From a virus (Duplodnaviria; Caudoviricetes), in IMG/VR virus record IMGVR_UViG_3300022200_000063, positions 1 to 53,628 of that record: a stretch of DNA of 53,628 nt. One strand, 5' to 3'. Below, piece after piece: positions 50,010 through 53,628 of the stretch. The notes beneath the pieces were generated by a model that made no database searches, was not told where the DNA came from, and saw only the letters and a program-made list of their open reading frames with translations. Position 1 is the stretch's first letter. The number at the start of each line of letters is the position of its first letter. The position numbers and the translations under genes are program-made.

Positions 50010-50710
50010 TTACTAGCTGTTTGTCCATTACCTAAATCGTCATCATTATTTCCATTATCATCTACAGGAATCTGACGTTTTTGTAATAGTGTTTGTATTA
50101 TTTGAGGTTTCATGTAAGCCCACATCCATTGGTTTAATGGGTAAGGAGAATCATTAGACCAACAAGAATTTCCTGTAGAACAATTCACAAAAGCTTCTAG
50201 TGCAGTAGGGTCTTCAAAAATTCCTCTAATACTTATTTTTTCTAAAAGATTGACTGCAGGATCTTTACTAACAATATAGATGTAATTATCATATAAGAAA
50301 GCGTAAATTGTTTTTTGTGTAGTTCTTCCATTTCCTATATAAGGCACTCTGGAAAAATCTATTAATGAAAATCGTTTTGCCGTAATTATTACAGGTCCTA
50401 CAGAAGTAATACCTTTACTTTGATGAAATTCTATTGTATTAGGAATCTTAGATACTGTTCTTAAAATCTTACAACCTGCAGGAACTTCTACACAGCAATT
50501 ATGTGGATCCACAAGTTCTAAATCTAAACAAGGAATTTCTTGTTGTACATTAGGATCTATAGCTCTCTTTTTATTATACTCATTTCTAATGAATAAAGAA
50601 CGTTGTTCATTTATCAGATCAGTATAATATAAAGGATCAAACACTGAATCAGAATTGTTTACGTTCAGCATTTCGTCTAACTGGCTATGTAAATCTCTCA
50701 GTGTTAACAT
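50006..50710 (-). CDS. Structural (neck/ring) protein
   Basis: Q.IPCLDLELVD, ILRT..KIP, RGIFEDP, PYPL motifs; located in the tail module. Confidence 0.6.
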   Translation of the reverse strand: MLTLRDLHSQLDEMLNVNNSDSVFDPLYYTDLINEQRSLFIRNEYNKKRAIDPNVQQEIPCLDLELVDPHNCCVEVPAGCKILRTVSKIPNTIEFHQSKGITSVGPVIITAKRFSLIDFSRVPYIGNGRTTQKTIYAFLYDNYIYIVSKDPAVNLLEKISIRGIFEDPTALEAFVNCSTGNSCWSNDSPYPLNQWMWAYMKPQIIQTLLQKRQIPVDDNGNNDDDLGNGQTASK

Positions 50711-50715
50711 AAATA

Positions 50716-50723
50716 CAAATATA
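50716..50723 (-). promoter_or_regulatory. Bacteroidota -7 promoter TATATTTG heading the tail genes
   Basis: In a 22-nt intergenic gap, 5 nt upstream of ATG 50710. Confidence 0.55.
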
Positions 50724-50732
50724 TGAAATTAA

Positions 50733-52001
50733 TTAATAGACTTTTCCTTTAAAAAAGAAACTTCTATCATTATCTACTTTGATAGGATAAACATGTGTAT
50801 TATTCTTTTCATCAACATAAATAATTCCGAAACCATGAGCCCAAGAAGCTCTTATTCCTCTATCTACATATTTAAAAGTATCACTTTCAAAATCTATCAT
50901 ACATCCTAAATTGTAAGAAGTATTAGTTTGATTAGAATAAGAACCGAATCTATGAGTATGATTAAAGATATGATCTCTGTTTGGTATAGCTTGGAGTTGG
51001 TCTTTAGCAGCGTTCATTCCTATTTTTGTTCCGTGGAAAATATCTAAATCGTTTCCTAAAGTTGTATACCCATTCTTCCAGTCAGTAATAATGTCCCAAC
51101 CTCTTTCTTCTAACTCTAAAGCTTCGTGAGGTGACGGAAGACTTTTACCATATTTTCTAATAGATTGTTTGTCTCTAAAAAATCTATCTTCGTGATTTCC
51201 GTAGTGGAAGATTTTATCAATATCTTTCTTTAATCTAGTTTCTATATCGTAGATTCCCTGAAGGCCGTCTGAATATTCATATTCTAAATCTATTCCATCA
51301 GGAATCCAGTCTTCGTGTGAAGAAAGAGATCTTAAATCTAGATAATCTCCGTTGATGATTATTCCTGTAATGTCTTTGTGGTTTTCTTCTAGAAAATGTA
51401 AAAACTTATCCCAAAGAATTTTATCGTGGAAAGGTCTATGTATGCATCCTATTGATACCCACATTTCCATAACTCTTTTAGAAGTTTTTACAATGTGTCT
51501 AAAAACAGGTTTTTTAGTTTTGATTTGAGCTTTTCTTTTAAACCAAACTTTCACTTGGTAATTAGTCCTTTTAAAAGAGCTTTTACCATCTGCATGTTTC
51601 ATAGAAACGTCCCATGCATTAAAAACATGTCGATCTACTTCCCATACATTTAAATCTACCTCTGAAAAATTAATAGCTTCTCCTAAAGTTTTTATAGGCT
51701 TCTCACCTTTATATTCAAAAATAGCAGAACCATCTTTTTCTTCTTCCCACCTTGTTTCTATCTTTTTAGTAGTCTTATTATGGAGTTTGGAAGTAGATCC
51801 TAATTTCTTTTTTCTTAACTTTTGAAAAGTCCTTCTGATATAAGTTCTAAATAAATCTATCTCTTCTCCAGACAGGTTAAGATTCTCTTGTTCATTAATT
51901 CGTCTGGCTTCTGCTGTATAAGAACAATTTCCTCCTGTGTCTTCAAAACGTTGAATTAGAATGTTCAGGAATTTATTCCATTGAGAGGTTCCTTTACTCA
52001 T
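50733..52001 (-). CDS. Calcineurin-like metallophosphoesterase with an N-terminal extension
   Basis: GCIH.PFHD, NGDYLD, GNHEDR, FHG, NHTHR; start MSKGTSQW forms an ATGA overlap with the amidase. Confidence 0.82.
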   Translation of the reverse strand: MSKGTSQWNKFLNILIQRFEDTGGNCSYTAEARRINEQENLNLSGEEIDLFRTYIRRTFQKLRKKKLGSTSKLHNKTTKKIETRWEEEKDGSAIFEYKGEKPIKTLGEAINFSEVDLNVWEVDRHVFNAWDVSMKHADGKSSFKRTNYQVKVWFKRKAQIKTKKPVFRHIVKTSKRVMEMWVSIGCIHRPFHDKILWDKFLHFLEENHKDITGIIINGDYLDLRSLSSHEDWIPDGIDLEYEYSDGLQGIYDIETRLKKDIDKIFHYGNHEDRFFRDKQSIRKYGKSLPSPHEALELEERGWDIITDWKNGYTTLGNDLDIFHGTKIGMNAAKDQLQAIPNRDHIFNHTHRFGSYSNQTNTSYNLGCMIDFESDTFKYVDRGIRASWAHGFGIIYVDEKNNTHVYPIKVDNDRSFFFKGKVY

Positions 52002-52651
52002 ATTAAAGATTTTAACATATTTATTAGTTCTGGTTGAGGATGACAATCTGATTTGTCTGATCTATAACTTGTATGTGTAAACACTCCTGATTTACCTGCA
52101 AGTGCGTCATATGATAGATCCCACATATCCGCATTATAATCTAAAGGAATTCCATAAGTCTTATTCCAAAATACAAGCAATTGTCTAACAGATTCTATTT
52201 GCTCGTCTGTATATTTTTCAAAACCATAATATCCTCTAAATCCTTCAGGATATTCTTGAATCTTTTCACTAGGAATAACAGTATTAGCAGAAGAATACCA
52301 TTTACCATCTTTCTTTTTAAGTCCTCCCCAAGAATCGATCTCTATACCGATTGAGTTCATATCATTCCTTCTATAAGGTAATCCCATTTTAATATGGTCT
52401 TTACCATTCTCTCCTAAGTGATACGCCCAATACTTAGATGAAAATACTTGGTGAATTGTACCATCTCTTGCAATAAGAATACAAGTGCCAATTCTTTTAC
52501 CATCTTTCAACCACCAATTAATGTCACCATTAATGCTGTCTCCTGAAACTGTATGATGAAGAACAATTTGCTTTTTCTCATGCACTTCTTTAACAAACTC
52601 TCTTGCAGAGAAGTTATGTTGTACAATAGATTTTAAATCTAACTCTTTCAT
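51998..52651 (-). CDS. Endolysin, N-acetylmuramoyl-L-alanine amidase (Amidase_2)
   Basis: IVLHHT, I.RDGTI.Q, WAYH, SIGIEI, FTH......KSDCHP. Confidence 0.9.
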   Translation of the reverse strand: MKELDLKSIVQHNFSAREFVKEVHEKKQIVLHHTVSGDSINGDINWWLKDGKRIGTCILIARDGTIHQVFSSKYWAYHLGENGKDHIKMGLPYRRNDMNSIGIEIDSWGGLKKKDGKWYSSANTVIPSEKIQEYPEGFRGYYGFEKYTDEQIESVRQLLVFWNKTYGIPLDYNADMWDLSYDALAGKSGVFTHTSYRSDKSDCHPQPELINMLKSLI

Positions 52652-53109
52652 TTTCTTGACTTGATAAACTTATAGACTGTAGCAACAGCTACTGCGATGA
52701 CAAGTATCCACATAATATATTTTATTGAGGTAAATAATTTATTCCAAAAGCTTTTTTCTTTTTCGTAGTAATATACAGGAACTTCTACCTCAATTTCTTT
52801 ATCTACATATACAGTATCACATTTTCCTTCTATGTAAACACTGTCTGCTTTTTCATAAACTCTTACAGTGAGATGATCTTTTACTAAAACTATAGTATCT
52901 TTAAGAACCTCTCTAGATACAATAGTATCTACTCTAGCACCATTAACTATAACGTGCACGGTATCATAGTATGTTTTGTACCTTGTTTCTATCAGCTCTG
53001 GATACTTGGTTATAAGCTTTGTGAATCTTCTCTGTGGTGAACAGCTAGTTGTTGCCACTAATAATAGCAGTGATATCCCTACAGCTAGAAGCTTAAAAAA
53101 ATCTTTCAC
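52648..53109 (-). CDS. Putative unimolecular spanin (lipoprotein with C-terminal TMD)
   Basis: Signal peptide with lipobox-like ATTS-C, beta-rich middle region, C-terminal TM YIMWILVIAVAVATVY; between holin and endolysin. Confidence 0.7.
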   Translation of the reverse strand: MKDFFKLLAVGISLLLLVATTSCSPQRRFTKLITKYPELIETRYKTYYDTVHVIVNGARVDTIVSREVLKDTIVLVKDHLTVRVYEKADSVYIEGKCDTVYVDKEIEVEVPVYYYEKEKSFWNKLFTSIKYIMWILVIAVAVATVYKFIKSRK

Positions 53110-53600
53110 TTTTTAATTCCTTTAAAAAAATTTACATTTTCTGCAATAATATTCTTAATTTTTGCAACAGTAACGTATACACTTTTTAGTATATTATTAC
53201 CTGATATATCAATCCAATTCTCGTTAATAGATCCAAGTTCAATTAGAGAAAATATTATTAAAAGTCCATTTGTTAAAAGAGCTTTACTCATGAACATTAA
53301 GTCTATACCTGTAAAATGTAAAATCTTACAAACAAACGGAGTAAGGAAAAAGTAATCCAAAGGAAACAATGCAAGTGCTAAGATAAAGTAACCTGCTGAT
53401 TTATATATGTATCCCTGACGAAGCATCTTAGAGCTAAACACATCGAAGAACTTTCTCTCTTCACGAATTGATAATTTCTTGAGTGATACTAACTTAACAG
53501 ATGTATCTACAAGAATCATCATCATAAGAATTAATATAGACATCTCTATTGGTGAGAATACAGCTAAAGCTCCTAGTAATATTGCTGTAAGATTTTTCAT
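53106..53600 (-). CDS. Holin
   Basis: Multiple TM helices, ILVDT, SSK.LR.G, IELGSINEN; first gene of the lysis cassette. Confidence 0.8.
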   Translation of the reverse strand: MKNLTAILLGALAVFSPIEMSILILMMMILVDTSVKLVSLKKLSIREERKFFDVFSSKMLRQGYIYKSAGYFILALALFPLDYFFLTPFVCKILHFTGIDLMFMSKALLTNGLLIIFSLIELGSINENWIDISGNNILKSVYVTVAKIKNIIAENVNFFKGIKK

Positions 53601-53628
53601 TTTAAAAGGTTTTTATAAGAGTAAATAT

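Noticed and set aside
1-53628. Stop-codon reassignment (TAG or TGA recoding, known in some crAss-like phages)
   Set aside because: Genes up to 9.5 kb are open in the standard code, coding density is high, and TAG and TGA terminate genes at sensible positions.
1-53628. tRNA, rRNA, integrase, capsid, portal or terminase genes
   Set aside because: None recognised; intergenic gaps show no cloverleaf, and head genes probably lie beyond the right edge of the window.

Overview
AT-rich (~30% GC by eye) dsDNA bacteriophage segment, most consistent with a crAss-like (Crassvirales-type) podovirus of a Bacteroidota host. It uses the standard genetic code. The + strand arm (1-18429) is a replication/recombination module: family A DNA polymerase split by a group I intron carrying a LAGLIDADG homing endonuclease, SF2 helicase, dNMP kinase, DnaB-like helicase, macrodomain, Sak4/AAA_24 ATPase, SSB-like proteins, primase, rIIA/rIIB, RusA-like and PD-(D/E)XK nucleases, a degenerate UDG and a MazG-like enzyme. 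It converges at a bidirectional terminator (~18504-18543) with a - strand late arm: holin, u-spanin-like lipoprotein, amidase, metallophosphoesterase, ring/tail and stabilization proteins, then giant ejected cargo proteins including a 3158-aa virion RNA polymerase, with a ferritin inserted among them. The most striking unexplained pattern is in four cargo-module proteins. They are almost Cys-free but carry cysteines at their extreme termini, inside two matched N-/C-terminal motif types that follow gene order, suggesting a head-to-tail docking or disulfide daisy-chain. All calls are from motif recognition by eye; no database searches were run.
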